A stretch of DNA of 64,000 nucleotides from an uncultured Clostridia bacterium (GCA_937880755.1 CALGRX010000020.1:56119-120118); one strand, 5' to 3'; shown: positions 8,864 to 19,036, numbered from the stretch's first letter. Numbers and translations are program-made. The notes: a model not told the origin generated them from the letters alone.

Positions 8864-10105
8864 TCAAGCGGTTTTTCTTTCGATTATCGGTTTTTGCTTG
8901 CGTTCGACAGCCTCTTTGGTGATAATGATTTTTTGTATCGTATCATCCATTGGAACGTCGTACATAAGGTCAAGCATCACGCCTTCTAGTATCGACTTCA
9001 AGCCTCTAGCGCCCGTATTCAGCTTGATTGCTTGCTTAGCAACCTCTTTCAATGCGTCCTCTTGGAATTCCAACTCCACGTTGTCCATACCGAAGAGTTT
9101 GGCGTATTGTTTGACAGGCGCGTTTTTCGGCTGAGTCAAAATGTTGATAAGAGCCTTTTCGTCAAGCGCGTCGATACCCACTACGATAGGCACACGGCCG
9201 ACAAACTCAGGTATTAGTCCAAACTTGATAAGGTCGTCAGGTCTAATATCTCTAATCAATTCGCCGTAGTTGGCGTTTTTGCCCGTCTTGACGTTGGCGC
9301 CAAAACCGAGTGTAGAGCTATCTCTACGCTTGTCGATAATTTTGTCCAAACCCACGAACGCACCACCGCAAATAAAGAGTATGTTGGTAGTATCTATCAA
9401 TATATTCTCCTGTTGTGGATGCTTTCTTCCACCTTGAGGCGGAACGGCAGCAACGGTACTTTCGATAATCTTGAGCAAGGCTTGTTGCACGCCTTCGCCC
9501 GACACGTCTCTAGTGATAGACATATTCTCGCCTTTGCGGGCGATTTTGTCTATTTCGTCTATATAAATGATGCCGAGTTGCGCCCTTTCCACGTCGTAAT
9601 CGGCGGCTTGGATAAGCTTGAGCAAAATATTTTCTACGTCCTCGCCCACGTAGCCCGCCTCGGTTATAGTCGTAGCGTCAGCCACGGCAAAAGGCACGTT
9701 GAGAATTTTTGCCAGCGTTTTGGCTAGCAAAGTCTTACCGCAACCCGTAGGTCCCAGCATCAAAACGTTGCTCTTTTCGAGTTCCACGCCGTCCTCAGCG
9801 TCGGATATTATTCTTTTATAGTGATTGTAGACTGCAACGGACAGCACCTTTTTTGCGTCCTCTTGTCCAACTATATACTCGTCAAGCTTAGCCTTGATTT
9901 CGTGTGGTTTGAGCAAATTGACGGCAAAATCGCTCTTGTCGTTAGTCTTTTTGTCGTCCAAAGTTTCTTCGAGGATTTTTACACACGCGTCTACGCATTG
10001 GTCGCATATAAATACGCCGTCAGGTCCGCTGATGAGTTGTCCTACGTCACTTTCTTTTCTTCCGCAAAACGAACATCTCAATTCTCTATCGTTGTCCACT
10101 ATCAA
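8864..10105 (-). CDS. clpX: ATP-dependent Clp protease ATP-binding subunit ClpX
   Basis: 413 aa with N-terminal zinc ribbon CSFCGR...CDQC, Walker A GPTGCGKT and an IGF-like loop LGFG. Confidence 0.97.
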   Translation of the reverse strand: MIVDNDRELRCSFCGRKESDVGQLISGPDGVFICDQCVDACVKILEETLDDKKTNDKSDFAVNLLKPHEIKAKLDEYIVGQEDAKKVLSVAVYNHYKRIISDAEDGVELEKSNVLMLGPTGCGKTLLAKTLAKILNVPFAVADATTITEAGYVGEDVENILLKLIQAADYDVERAQLGIIYIDEIDKIARKGENMSITRDVSGEGVQQALLKIIESTVAAVPPQGGRKHPQQENILIDTTNILFICGGAFVGLDKIIDKRRDSSTLGFGANVKTGKNANYGELIRDIRPDDLIKFGLIPEFVGRVPIVVGIDALDEKALINILTQPKNAPVKQYAKLFGMDNVELEFQEDALKEVAKQAIKLNTGARGLKSILEGVMLDLMYDVPMDDTIQKIIITKEAVERKQKPIIERKTA

Positions 10106-10683
10106 CCTCTTTTATAGAATATTTTGTCAATCAAGCCGTATTCAAGCGCATCTTGTGCCGACAGATAGTTATCTCTATCGGTGTCCTGCATAACTTTATC
10201 ATAGCTTTGATTGCAGTTTTCAGCCAAAATCGAAGCAAGTTTTTCTTTTGTTTTTTGGATATGATTAGCCGTGATAACTATATCGCTCGCCTGTCCTCTG
10301 GCACCACCCAATGGTTGGTGTATCATAACTTCGCTATTAGGCAAAGCGTATCTCTTACCCTTAGCGCCGGAAGATAGCAAGAATGCCCCCATCGACGCAG
10401 CCATACCCACGCAAATCGTACTAACGTCACACTTGATATATTGCATAGTATCGTATATGGCAAGTCCTGCGGTAACGCTTCCGCCCGGGCTGTTGATATA
10501 TATAGATATATCCTTATCCGAATCCTTAGCCTCCAAAAATATTAGTTGAGCTACGACGGTATTAGCCGTTTCGTCGGTAATTTCTCCCGATATAAATATT
10601 ATTCTATCTTCAAGCAAACGAGAATAAATATCGTAAGATCTCTCACCTGCACCCGTCTTATCAATAACGTAAGGTATAAGCAT
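10102..10683 (-). CDS. clpP: ATP-dependent Clp protease proteolytic subunit ClpP
   Basis: Ser-His-Asp family sequence ([17 protein letters not shown]). The start was moved to the ATG at 10681-10683, 7 nt after GGAGG; the 19 upstream codons in the track lack an RBS. Confidence 0.95.
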   Translation of the reverse strand: MLIPYVIDKTGAGERSYDIYSRLLEDRIIFISGEITDETANTVVAQLIFLEAKDSDKDISIYINSPGGSVTAGLAIYDTMQYIKCDVSTICVGMAASMGAFLLSSGAKGKRYALPNSEVMIHQPLGGARGQASDIVITANHIQKTKEKLASILAENCNQSYDKVMQDTDRDNYLSAQDALEYGLIDKIFYKRG

Positions 10684-10749
10684 TTTCATTCCTCCAATTA
10701 TAAATTGACCGATAAGCCCGACAAGACTTATCGGTCGCAATTTGTAAGA

Positions 10750-12036
10750 TTATTTAATTGTGTTGTTGTTTTTGAGATAAGTAAACAGCTTGGTGGTAAC
10801 GAGGTCATTGCGAATATAATTTCTATATTCTTCGCTGATGAGTTTGTCGTATTCTTCAACGCTCTTACCTGCTTTACTTGCCATATCTGCGATTTGGTCG
10901 TTGACTTCTTCATCGCTAACGACGATTTTTACTTCTTTGAGAATAGCCTCGAGGACGAGTCTAAACAACACGTTCTTTTTAGCGGTATCACTGTACTTTT
11001 CCATCAATTCTTCTTTGGTAGTACCCGTAAACTTGTAATAATCGTCCTTATTCAAGCCTTGATACATAAGTCTATATTCGAACTCTTGCACCATCTCTGC
11101 GGCTTGTTGGTCAATCATACACTTAGGAATATCAACCTCGGACAAAGAAGCAATCTTTTCGATAATATCGTTTTCAAGCTTCGTCTCGGCGTCTTTTTCT
11201 TTGCTCTCCTTGATATTCTTCTTGATATCTGCTTCGTATTGAGCTACGGTATCGAACTCGGATACGTCTTTTACGAATTCGTCGTCGTAAGCAGGGGTAT
11301 TTTTGACGGTAATCTCGTGAAGTTTTACCTTAAATACAGCTTCTTTGCCCGCAAGCTCGGTTGCGCCGTAATTCTCAGGGAAAGTAACTACGATATCCTT
11401 TTCGTCGCCGATATTCATGCCGACGACTTGCTCTTCAAAGCCGGGTATAAACATACCGCTACCAATCTCCAAAGGTTGCATTTTGGCTGTGCCTCCCTCG
11501 AATTTTACCCCGTCTACGCTTCCGCTATAGTCTATGACGGTCTTGTCGCCATTTTGAACAGGTCTATCGGTTACGCTCTCCCAAGCGCCCGCAGCGTCAA
11601 GAGCCTTGTCTATTTCTTTTTGGATTTCTTCTTTAGTAACCTTTACTTTGTCCTTTTTGAATTCTAGTCCGGTGTATTGACCAAGCACTACTTCAGGCTT
11701 GAGTTGTACGGTTGCACTGTACTTCAAAGTAGAATCGCTAATTGCGATAATATCAATTTTTGGCATATCTACAGGGAACAGCTCGGTTTCCGCATCAATA
11801 ATTGCGCCGTAAGTCTTTGGAAGAATTGTATCCAATGCGTCGTCGAAAAATACTCCGACTCCGTATTGTGCTTCGATAACCTTGCGAGGCACTTTGCCCT
11901 TGCGGAAGCCACCGATTTGGAATTTGGACTTATTTTTGTTGTAAGCCTCTTCAATTGCGGCTTTCCAATCCGCTTCCTCGACCTCAACGGTAAATTTTAC
12001 ACGATTTTTTTCTAGCATTTCCTTTGTGTAGCTCAT
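10750..12036 (-). CDS. tig: Trigger factor (ribosome-associated PPIase chaperone)
   Basis: 428 aa with the ribosome-binding motif GFRKGKVP and a central FKBP-like domain. Upstream of clpP-clpX. Confidence 0.95.
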   Translation of the reverse strand: MSYTKEMLEKNRVKFTVEVEEADWKAAIEEAYNKNKSKFQIGGFRKGKVPRKVIEAQYGVGVFFDDALDTILPKTYGAIIDAETELFPVDMPKIDIIAISDSTLKYSATVQLKPEVVLGQYTGLEFKKDKVKVTKEEIQKEIDKALDAAGAWESVTDRPVQNGDKTVIDYSGSVDGVKFEGGTAKMQPLEIGSGMFIPGFEEQVVGMNIGDEKDIVVTFPENYGATELAGKEAVFKVKLHEITVKNTPAYDDEFVKDVSEFDTVAQYEADIKKNIKESKEKDAETKLENDIIEKIASLSEVDIPKCMIDQQAAEMVQEFEYRLMYQGLNKDDYYKFTGTTKEELMEKYSDTAKKNVLFRLVLEAILKEVKIVVSDEEVNDQIADMASKAGKSVEEYDKLISEEYRNYIRNDLVTTKLFTYLKNNNTIK

Positions 12037-12171
12037 ATAAATCTCCTATATTATAATATTTGTAATTACAAAAGACATTCTAACACAAAAATATCATTTA
12101 TGCAATAATAATTGCAAATAATTGATTATTATTTTATACTAATATTACAAAAAAATGAGGAGGACGAGCAA

Positions 12172-13887
12172 ATGCCTAACGATTACGTTACCATCAAAGC
12201 CTTGACGCAAGAATTAGAAAGCGCTTTATCAAACGGCAAAATCGACAAGATTTATATGCCCGAAAAGGACGAAATATCGCTGTCTATCCGTGCCAAAGGT
12301 AGCAATCATCTATTGGCAATATCTTGCAATCCTTCCAATCCGAGAATACATTTGACCGGTGCAAAAAAGGACAATCCTATAGTAGCGCCGTCGTTTTGCA
12401 TGCATCTGCGCAAATATCTTACGGGCGGTATAATCAATTCTATCGTCAACCTAGGCGAGGATAGAATTGTCGCTATAGAAGTGCGTAGCCACAACGAGAT
12501 GCGCGACGAGACGACTTTTACGCTGATTGCCGAGATGATGGGTAGATATTCCAATATTTTGCTCGTCAACGCCAAAGGCACCATCACCGACACTCTCAAA
12601 CAAGTGCCTTACGACGCGGTCACCAAGCGTTGTCTTTTGCCGTCCGCCAAGTATTCCCTTCCGCCTCAAAGCAAAATTTTACCTAGCGACGCTAATTCGA
12701 TAGCTCAAGCACTCGGACGATACCAAGGCGGTGGTTTAGCCGGCTATCTTTGCACGTGCGTTGCAGGACTGTCCAAGCTCTCTGCCGAGCAAATACTAAG
12801 TATGGCGCAAATTGTAGACGACGCACCACTGACGGACGAGCAAATAACGTCGATTTGTAAGGCGATAGACGCCCTGCTCAACGTCTACTCAACGCCTCTA
12901 TACAATCCTTGCGTAAGAGGCTCGTTGCAAAGCGCAACCGACTTTTTCGTTACGCCTTACTCCCCCGACGACGTACCCGTGGAGAGCCTAAACAAGGCAA
13001 TAGAATTGACTCAAGGACAAAAAGATCAAGTCGATAGACACGCCGACAAAATCAAGTTTTTATTCAAAGCGCATAGAGCTTTCGTAAGCAAAACTCAAAA
13101 GAAACTTGCCGTTTGTCACTCTCGTCTCAGAGAGTGTGACAATATGGATAGATACAAAAAAATGGGCGAGCTAATCACTTGCAACCTCTATAATATCAAC
13201 AAAGGCGACGAGTCTGCGGTAGTCACAGACTATTACGAGCCCGACTGTCCGCTTTTGACTATTCCGCTTGACAGTAGACTATCTCCGCAAGCCAACGCTC
13301 AAGTATATTACAACAAGTACGCCAAACTCAAACGCACCCGAGATATCGTCTCGGGGCAAATACGAGAACTTGAGGACTTATTACAATACGCCGACACGAT
13401 TTTACCTTCCATTACCCTCGCCCAAAGCGACGACGAGATTGCCGAAGTAGCAAAAGAATTGCAAGAACTAGGCGCACTAAAACGACCTACAAGCAAAAAG
13501 TCTAAGGAAAAACCTTCCGCACCACTAGCTTTCGAGGTAGACGACTTCGTTATTTTGGTCGGCAAAAATAATTTACAAAACGACAAGCTCACCTTCAAAG
13601 TGGCAGGCGGTAGCGACGTGTGGGTGCATACCAAAAATGTACACGGAAGCCATACGATAATATTTGCCGAAGGCAGAAATATTCCTAATCACGTCATTAC
13701 GATAGCTTGCGAGATTGCAGCATACTACTCTCAAGCCTGCCAAAGTCCTAGCGTCGAGTGCGACTATACGCTACGCAAAAATATCAAGCGTCACCCTTCA
13801 GGCAAACCTGCTATGGTGATTTATACAAATTTTTCGTCAGCGCTCGTCACCCCTAACGCTCACTCTGAGTATCAAGTCAAAAAATAA
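12172..13887 (+). CDS. rqcH: RqcH / fibronectin-binding protein A family (NFACT ribosome quality control protein)
   Basis: NFACT-N-like N-terminus and an NFACT-R-like C-terminus (DVWVHTKNVHGSHTII). The ATG at 12172 is preceded by GAGGAGGA; the track start at 12112 has no RBS. Confidence 0.85.
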   Translation: MPNDYVTIKALTQELESALSNGKIDKIYMPEKDEISLSIRAKGSNHLLAISCNPSNPRIHLTGAKKDNPIVAPSFCMHLRKYLTGGIINSIVNLGEDRIVAIEVRSHNEMRDETTFTLIAEMMGRYSNILLVNAKGTITDTLKQVPYDAVTKRCLLPSAKYSLPPQSKILPSDANSIAQALGRYQGGGLAGYLCTCVAGLSKLSAEQILSMAQIVDDAPLTDEQITSICKAIDALLNVYSTPLYNPCVRGSLQSATDFFVTPYSPDDVPVESLNKAIELTQGQKDQVDRHADKIKFLFKAHRAFVSKTQKKLAVCHSRLRECDNMDRYKKMGELITCNLYNINKGDESAVVTDYYEPDCPLLTIPLDSRLSPQANAQVYYNKYAKLKRTRDIVSGQIRELEDLLQYADTILPSITLAQSDDEIAEVAKELQELGALKRPTSKKSKEKPSAPLAFEVDDFVILVGKNNLQNDKLTFKVAGGSDVWVHTKNVHGSHTIIFAEGRNIPNHVITIACEIAAYYSQACQSPSVECDYTLRKNIKRHPSGKPAMVIYTNFSSALVTPNAHSEYQVKK

Positions 13888-13995
13888 GTAAAGCTTATAT
13901 TTTTACGGAAATAATACTAAGATTTGATTTAATTTAGAATTATTTTGGGCTATTTAGAGATTTTTGTAACTTAATTAGTGAAGTTTAGACAAAAT

Positions 13996-14030
13996 AAATA
14001 CCCTTGAGCAATTAGCATTCAAGGGTATTT
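13996..14030. terminator. Bidirectional terminator between convergent rqcH and rluD
   Basis: AAATACCCTTGA-gcaattagcat-TCAAGGGTATTT, with A/T runs on both sides. Confidence 0.7.
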
Positions 14031-14943
14031 ATTTAGCGTATTTTTCTCTAAGCCTCGCAAGTATATCGGAGAAATATTTAGGCAAAGGAGCTTCAAAACT
14101 CATCAGCCGTTTCGTCCTAGGGTGCGTAAACTGCAACCTAAAAGCGTGCAACAGTTGACCTTGATCGTACAAGCTCGTAGAGCCACCGTATACTCTATCG
14201 CCGACTATAGGGTGACCGATATGTTTGCTGTGGACTCTTATTTGATGAGTGCGCCCCGTCTTCAATTCGTACTCAACCAAGCTATATCCGCCCAATCTTT
14301 CCAACACCTTGTAGTGCGTTATCGCGCGTCTACCCTTACCTTCCCTACTCACAGCCATCATCTTTCTATCCTTTTGACTGCGGTCGATATAGGTATCTAT
14401 CACGCCTTCATCCTTATTAATAACGCCGTCAACCAGTGCAATATAATATCTCTTAGCCTCTTTGCTTGCAATTTGGCTTTGCAACTCTACGTGCGCGTCG
14501 TCGTTTTTTGCCACGACCAAAAGCCCCGACGTATCCTTATCAAGTCTATGCACTATACCCGGTCGAGCCACGCCGTTGATAGAGCTGAGTGATTTGAGTC
14601 TAAAAAGAAGTGCGTTGACTAGCGTATTGTCGTAAGACCCGGGAGCGGGATGCACTACCATACCTTGCGCTTTGTTGATTACGGCAACGTCATCGTCCTC
14701 GTAAACCACGTCAATAGGAATATCCGCGGGGGCTAGGTCGAGTTGCTTAATCTCAGGTAGCTCATACTCTACCACGTCGCCCTTTTTGACGCTATAACCC
14801 GCCTTAACTGATTTGCCGTTGACCAACACTAATCCTTGTTCGGTCAAATTTTTGACGTAAGACCTACTCTCGTCTATCTCTTCGGACAAAAACAAATCAA
14901 GTCTTTTACCGACGTCGGTATCGCCGATTACAACGCTATTCAC
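14029..14943 (-). CDS. rluD: 23S rRNA pseudouridine synthase, RluD/RluA family
   Basis: 304 aa with an S4 domain and the catalytic motif HRLDKDTSGLLV. Follows lspA as in Bacillus. Confidence 0.9.
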   Translation of the reverse strand: MNSVVIGDTDVGKRLDLFLSEEIDESRSYVKNLTEQGLVLVNGKSVKAGYSVKKGDVVEYELPEIKQLDLAPADIPIDVVYEDDDVAVINKAQGMVVHPAPGSYDNTLVNALLFRLKSLSSINGVARPGIVHRLDKDTSGLLVVAKNDDAHVELQSQIASKEAKRYYIALVDGVINKDEGVIDTYIDRSQKDRKMMAVSREGKGRRAITHYKVLERLGGYSLVEYELKTGRTHQIRVHSKHIGHPIVGDRVYGGSTSLYDQGQLLHAFRLQFTHPRTKRLMSFEAPLPKYFSDILARLREKYAK

Positions 14944-15505
14944 CTTCTTTCACCTCGTCTGTCGAAGTTTCATTGGCGATTTTTGGTTGCTTAGGCTTAA
15001 AAAAGTCCTCTTCTTTTGCTTGGAAAACCACGTAAATTATCACCATAAAGGTGCCTACCAACAAAAAGATATCAGCTATATTGCCAATAGCAAAATCTAT
15101 ACCGAAGAAAGTATCCAAAAAGGTATAATCAATAAAATCTCTCACGTATCCAATAATTATACGGTCAACAAGATTGCCTACACCGCCACCGATTATCAAT
15201 ATAACGCCGCTACGCATCAACGTAGGCAGTTGTGGCTTGGCGATAAGCAATGCAACTAGTAAGACCATAACTACGGCAGTCAAGACCACGAGCATTGTCT
15301 GCTTACCCTCGAATATCCCAAACGAAGCCCCGTAGTTATGCGCTTCTTGCAAAGCAAATATTCCTTCAATCAATTCAAATCGACCTGTTTTTTTGTCGGC
15401 AAGAAAGGCAAAAACAAGCGATTTTGACAACAAATCAATTACCAAAACCGCTACTAGCAAGCCTAGTTCGGCTAATACTTTTTTTATACCGAGTTTTTTA
15501 ATCAT
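14936..15505 (-). CDS. lspA: Lipoprotein signal peptidase II
   Basis: 189 aa, 4 TM, with motifs NYGASFGIF and GGGVGNLVDR. It has a short acidic C-terminal tail. Confidence 0.9.
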   Translation of the reverse strand: MIKKLGIKKVLAELGLLVAVLVIDLLSKSLVFAFLADKKTGRFELIEGIFALQEAHNYGASFGIFEGKQTMLVVLTAVVMVLLVALLIAKPQLPTLMRSGVILIIGGGVGNLVDRIIIGYVRDFIDYTFLDTFFGIDFAIGNIADIFLLVGTFMVIIYVVFQAKEEDFFKPKQPKIANETSTDEVKEGE

Positions 15506-16175
15506 AACGCTTTTTTAGATCGGACGGACCTTGAATACTAACTCCGTCAGGGGTAAACAAAAACATACTATCGGCAATTCGCTGTTGAGCGCCACCCAAA
15601 GCGTAAATAGCGCCCGAAAGATAATCCATAATTCTTTGACAACCCTTATCGTTGATTTTGGACATATCAACGATGATAGCCTGTCTGTTGCGCAAACTGT
15701 CGATAATTGCTTGAACGTCTTGTATCGTCTTAGGGTAAGTGATTATCACGTTGCTATAGCTACCACAGCCCGTCTGTTCGTTGTTTTCTTCCCTCTTGCC
15801 TAACGAGAAAAACCCGCGTTTTTTCTTAGGCGGTTGAGAATACCGCACGGGCGCGCTGTATTGTTGGTTGTTGACGTCATAATCAAACTCTTCTTCGCGA
15901 GGATAGGAAGGCTGTGCTCCAAACTGCTGTCCCGAATAAGGCTGCGCGCCGTAAGGTTGTGCCCCGTATGGCTGTTGTGGTGCTCCCGCACCGAATTGAG
16001 GCGGCTGAGAAGGATAGGTTTGAGGATTTCTCACGATAGGCGTAGGCTGAGCACCGTAAGACGAACGCTGTACGTAATCACGGTCGGCGTTAGGTCTGTT
16101 TTGATTAAAATCGCCGTTTCTTCTCGGTATAAATCTACCGTTATCGTCTTGAAAATTGTTGTTTCTATCGTCCAT
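15498..16175 (-). CDS. sepF: Cell division protein SepF with a long Q/P/Y/N-rich N-terminal extension
   Basis: The C-terminal SepF core is YPKTIQDVQAIIDSLRNRQAIIVDMSKI...GGAQQRIADSMFLFTP. The ATG at 16173-16175 is preceded by GGAGGAAAT; the track start at 16277 would overlap yggS. Confidence 0.85.
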   Translation of the reverse strand: MDDRNNNFQDDNGRFIPRRNGDFNQNRPNADRDYVQRSSYGAQPTPIVRNPQTYPSQPPQFGAGAPQQPYGAQPYGAQPYSGQQFGAQPSYPREEEFDYDVNNQQYSAPVRYSQPPKKKRGFFSLGKREENNEQTGCGSYSNVIITYPKTIQDVQAIIDSLRNRQAIIVDMSKINDKGCQRIMDYLSGAIYALGGAQQRIADSMFLFTPDGVSIQGPSDLKKRYD

Positions 16176-16183
16176 ATTTCCTC

Positions 16184-16879
16184 CTAACAGCGAGCACCGA
16201 AGAGCGCTCTGCCTATACGTATATAAGTAGGTTGCGCATACTTGATTGCGTATTGATAATCGTTGGTCATTCCGCAAGACAAAATATCTATATTTTGCTT
16301 GCCTTCCATTTGCTTTTTGAGAGTCTCGAACAAAGCTCTAAATTCGACGTACAAATTTTTAAGCATTTCACACTCGCCGAGATTAGGCATAATCGCCATA
16401 ATTCCACGCAATGCTATATTTGGATATTTTTCGCTCACGAGATGAGCAAAATCCAACAAATCTTCCTTATCTATTCCGCCCTTAGACAACTCGCTTCCCA
16501 TATTGATTTCTATCAAGCAGTTGGCTTTTATACCGTGCTTTTTGGCTTGTTTGTCAATCTCTGATGCCAAGCTCTCTCTATCTAGCGAATGTATGAGGCA
16601 CACCTTGTCAATTATATATTTGACCTTATTGCTCTGCAACTGACCTATCATATGCCATTTGAGATTGGGCGCAACGGGATATTTAGCCACCAATTCTTGC
16701 ACGTAGTTTTCACCCACGTCCTCAAACAAATTATACCTGGCTATCGTATCAATGAGCTCTATAGGTTTGGTCTTAGTTACGGCAATAATTTTGACGTCAT
16801 AACCCTCTATGCCTTGCTTGGCAACTTGGATGTTTTTTAAGACGCAGGCAAGATTTTCTTCGATTTCTTCTCTATCCAT
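16184..16879 (-). CDS. yggS: YggS/YlmE family pyridoxal phosphate homeostasis protein
   Basis: 231 aa with a conserved AVTKTK lysine region. Immediately upstream of sepF, as ylmE-sepF in Firmicutes. Confidence 0.9.
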   Translation of the reverse strand: MDREEIEENLACVLKNIQVAKQGIEGYDVKIIAVTKTKPIELIDTIARYNLFEDVGENYVQELVAKYPVAPNLKWHMIGQLQSNKVKYIIDKVCLIHSLDRESLASEIDKQAKKHGIKANCLIEINMGSELSKGGIDKEDLLDFAHLVSEKYPNIALRGIMAIMPNLGECEMLKNLYVEFRALFETLKKQMEGKQNIDILSCGMTNDYQYAIKYAQPTYIRIGRALFGARC

Positions 16880-16961
16880 AACGATTACCTTGTATATATT
16901 GTAGCATATCTTTTATAATAAGTAAATGATTTTTGTATTTTGCAAAATTCTCCGCAGACAT

Positions 16962-17000
16962 ACCAAAAATCTCCCGACCATATTGCAAATCGAGAGATTT
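16962..17000 (-). terminator. Terminator-like hairpin downstream of the OB-fold gene
   Basis: Minus strand: AAATCTCTCGA-tttgcaatatgg-TCGGGAGATTT followed by TTGG, with one mismatch in an 11 bp stem. Confidence 0.4.
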
Positions 17001-17121
17001 TATTTCGTAATATCGGTTTCGTGTTATTCAACGACAATAACTATTACCAACCCGATATTAAATCAAAATATATAATTATTATTTATAATTATCGCGATAT
17101 TATTATACATTTTTAGCTAAT

Positions 17122-17784
17122 TTAGAATAATGTAGAGGCAATTCGGCTCTTTTCCTTGTCGTCAAAATCTTCGGGGACTACCTCAATTTTGCTCACCGAT
17201 ACCTCGTAAGCTACCCTTTCTTGCGTACTCATATCCTCCAAAGTCTTGACGTAGGTTCTAGATTGTATTCTACCGGTCAAAGCCAATTTTGTACCTATCG
17301 ACAGCGTACTAGAAAATCTTGCGTTTCTTCCCCACAATATACAAGGGATATAATCCGACTTATTGTACGCTCTATTGACGGCAATAAGCATATCGCAAAT
17401 TTCTCTCTTGAAGGGCGTCGTGCGATAGACGGGCATTTTGCATACGTAACCAATTATCTCGATATTGTTGGAATTGACGCTATCCACTTCTACGATATCT
17501 CTAACGAAAGCCGTCAATAGTAAGCGTGATTTTTCCCCCTCGACTTTGTTGTAACTGCGGAATTGCCCTACCACGCTAATTCTATCGCCAACCTTGATAT
17601 CGTGTTGCAATAGCAATCGCTCCGATACGGTGATAGGCACTTCGTCTACTTGTCCCGACAATCTAGTTACAGACAATGAAGTTTCAAAAAAGCCTTCTTT
17701 GAATACCTCGTGTGAAAACTTAGGTACTTTGCTGACAACGCCTGTAAGCGTCAATTGATTATTGTTCATCTGTTCGTAATTCAT
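17122..17784 (-). CDS. Hypothetical tandem OB-fold, SSB-like protein
   Basis: 220 aa with two segments of similar pattern: (L)TG.V...P.....V..G... and (I)IGYVCKMPVYRTTPFKREI...LWGRNARF. This resembles SSB-like proteins annotated in Clostridia. There is no acidic SSB tail. Confidence 0.45.
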   Translation of the reverse strand: MNYEQMNNNQLTLTGVVSKVPKFSHEVFKEGFFETSLSVTRLSGQVDEVPITVSERLLLQHDIKVGDRISVVGQFRSYNKVEGEKSRLLLTAFVRDIVEVDSVNSNNIEIIGYVCKMPVYRTTPFKREICDMLIAVNRAYNKSDYIPCILWGRNARFSSTLSIGTKLALTGRIQSRTYVKTLEDMSTQERVAYEVSVSKIEVVPEDFDDKEKSRIASTLF

Positions 17785-17795
17785 TTTATCCTCCT

Positions 17796-18554
17796 TTACT
17801 TTAGATGTTGAATTCCGTTGTTGTCAATGTAATAATTCTCTTGATAGACCAACTCGCTCATCGTCACTAGCTTATAGCCTTGGTTTTGTAGGTTGGATAT
17901 TATCAGAGGAATAGCGTCCAAAATATTGTCGCTGTTGTTATGACACAATATTATCGAGCCCGACTTAGCTTTAGACGTTCTTTTGGCAATATCTTGCCCG
18001 CTCAAGCCCTTCCAATCCAGCGAATCGACGTCCCATTGTATACCAATCATAGATTTTTGTTCCAATACGCTCATCAAAGCATTGTTGTAATCTCCAAAAG
18101 GCGCTCTAAAGAATTTAGGCGTTTTGCCCGTCAATTCTACAATTTTTGCGTTGACGTAATCTATCTCATCGCACTTTGTATCGTCGTCAAGTTTGCTCAT
18201 ATTGTAGTGATTCTTGGAGTGATTGCCTATCTCCATACCTGCCTCGTCAATCTTCTTGACCAATTCGGGATACTTATCAATCCAAAAGCCTACCAAGAAA
18301 AACGTTGCTTTGACGCCGTATTTGTTGAGCAGCTCCAATATTTGCTCGGTCTTATCACCACCCCAAGCGGCGTCAAATGTCAAAGCTACCAACTTGTCGT
18401 TCCTGTCCACGTTGTAGACGGGGATTTTTCTCTCGACTTTGCCGTTGTATACGGCTTGAACGTCACCGTTTAGAACGGCAACTACTCCTACTGCGCAAAA
18501 TACCACCAATAAAACCGTTGCAATTATTGCTTTTTTAGTGATGCTAAATATCAT
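17796..18554 (-). CDS. Polysaccharide (peptidoglycan) deacetylase, NodB family, membrane-anchored
   Basis: 252 aa with an N-terminal TM and NodB motifs ALTFDAAWG and GNHSKNH. Confidence 0.85.
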   Translation of the reverse strand: MIFSITKKAIIATVLLVVFCAVGVVAVLNGDVQAVYNGKVERKIPVYNVDRNDKLVALTFDAAWGGDKTEQILELLNKYGVKATFFLVGFWIDKYPELVKKIDEAGMEIGNHSKNHYNMSKLDDDTKCDEIDYVNAKIVELTGKTPKFFRAPFGDYNNALMSVLEQKSMIGIQWDVDSLDWKGLSGQDIAKRTSKAKSGSIILCHNNSDNILDAIPLIISNLQNQGYKLVTMSELVYQENYYIDNNGIQHLK

Positions 18555-18695
18555 TTTTCACTCCTTAGATTGTAACAAAACCCGCCAATCGAATTTTGTC
18601 AATTTTTGTCAAAAATGCTAATATATTGGCTTTCTCAACACTAAGTTATGCGCCAAAAACAGCAACAATACCAAAAATTTGTTCAAAATATACTG

Positions 18696-18724
18696 TTGAC
18701 ATATCTTCAAAAACAATATATACT
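18696..18724 (+). promoter_or_regulatory. Sigma-A promoter of the SRP RNA gene (TTGACA-17-TATACT)
   Basis: TTGACA at 18696-18701, 17 nt spacer, TATACT at 18719-18724. Confidence 0.65.
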
Positions 18725-18730
18725 ATTATC

Positions 18731-18998
18731 GTTGTGCTAGGTGGGGAGCTAGCGGTGCCCTGTATCTGCAATCCGCTACAGCAGAGCTGAAGGCTATTTT
18801 AGGCTTGAGCTATGCAAGGTCCGCCTCAGATAAGTGACGTTGATAACAAGGTCTTGTGCAATTGCACCCTGTGAACCATGTCAGGGCTTGACCGCAGCAG
18901 CATTAAGCAGATCGTGCGATGTGCCACGAGGTAGCTTTGAGGGAGTCAACTGTCTGAGTCACGCTTGGGTAGTTCTTGTCAACGATAGATGCACAACC
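18731..18998 (+). ncRNA. ffs: Signal recognition particle RNA, long Bacillus-type (about 270 nt, with Alu domain)
   Basis: Contains a domain IV-like core (GTGAACCATGTCAGGGCTTGACCGCAGCAGCATTAAG) and a 5' GTGCTAGGTGGGGAGC Alu-type region. The 5' GTTGTGC pairs with the 3' GCACAAC (18991-18997). No ORF is present. Confidence 0.8.
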
Positions 18999-19009
18999 TT
19001 GACGACAAC

Positions 19010-19036
19010 GCCGGCGGTTTTCCGTCGGCTATTTTT
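19010..19036 (+). terminator. Terminator of the SRP RNA gene
   Basis: GCCGGCGG-tttt-CCGTCGGC followed by TATTTTTA. Confidence 0.7.

Noticed and set aside
10546-11667. Long antisense ORFs: 373 aa opposite tig; also 26745-27515 opposite galK, 63196-63951 opposite yqeK/rsfS, 23634-24293 opposite pncB, 21634-22867 opposite groEL, and 38492-41881 opposite purL
   Set aside because: All lie fully inside well-supported genes on the other strand. They have low-complexity or odd composition (rich in L, F, V, S, R), have no RBS and show no recognisable motifs. They are typical shadow ORFs.
16176-16277. N-terminal extensions given by the ORF track for sepF, and likewise for clpP, mraZ, gdhA, icd, tsaE, purM, dnaX, comEB, rqcH and the DivIVA-like gene
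   Set aside because: The extensions start at codons without an RBS. They overlap upstream genes, terminators or promoters and add non-conserved residues. Downstream ATGs with strong GGAGG-type sites were preferred.
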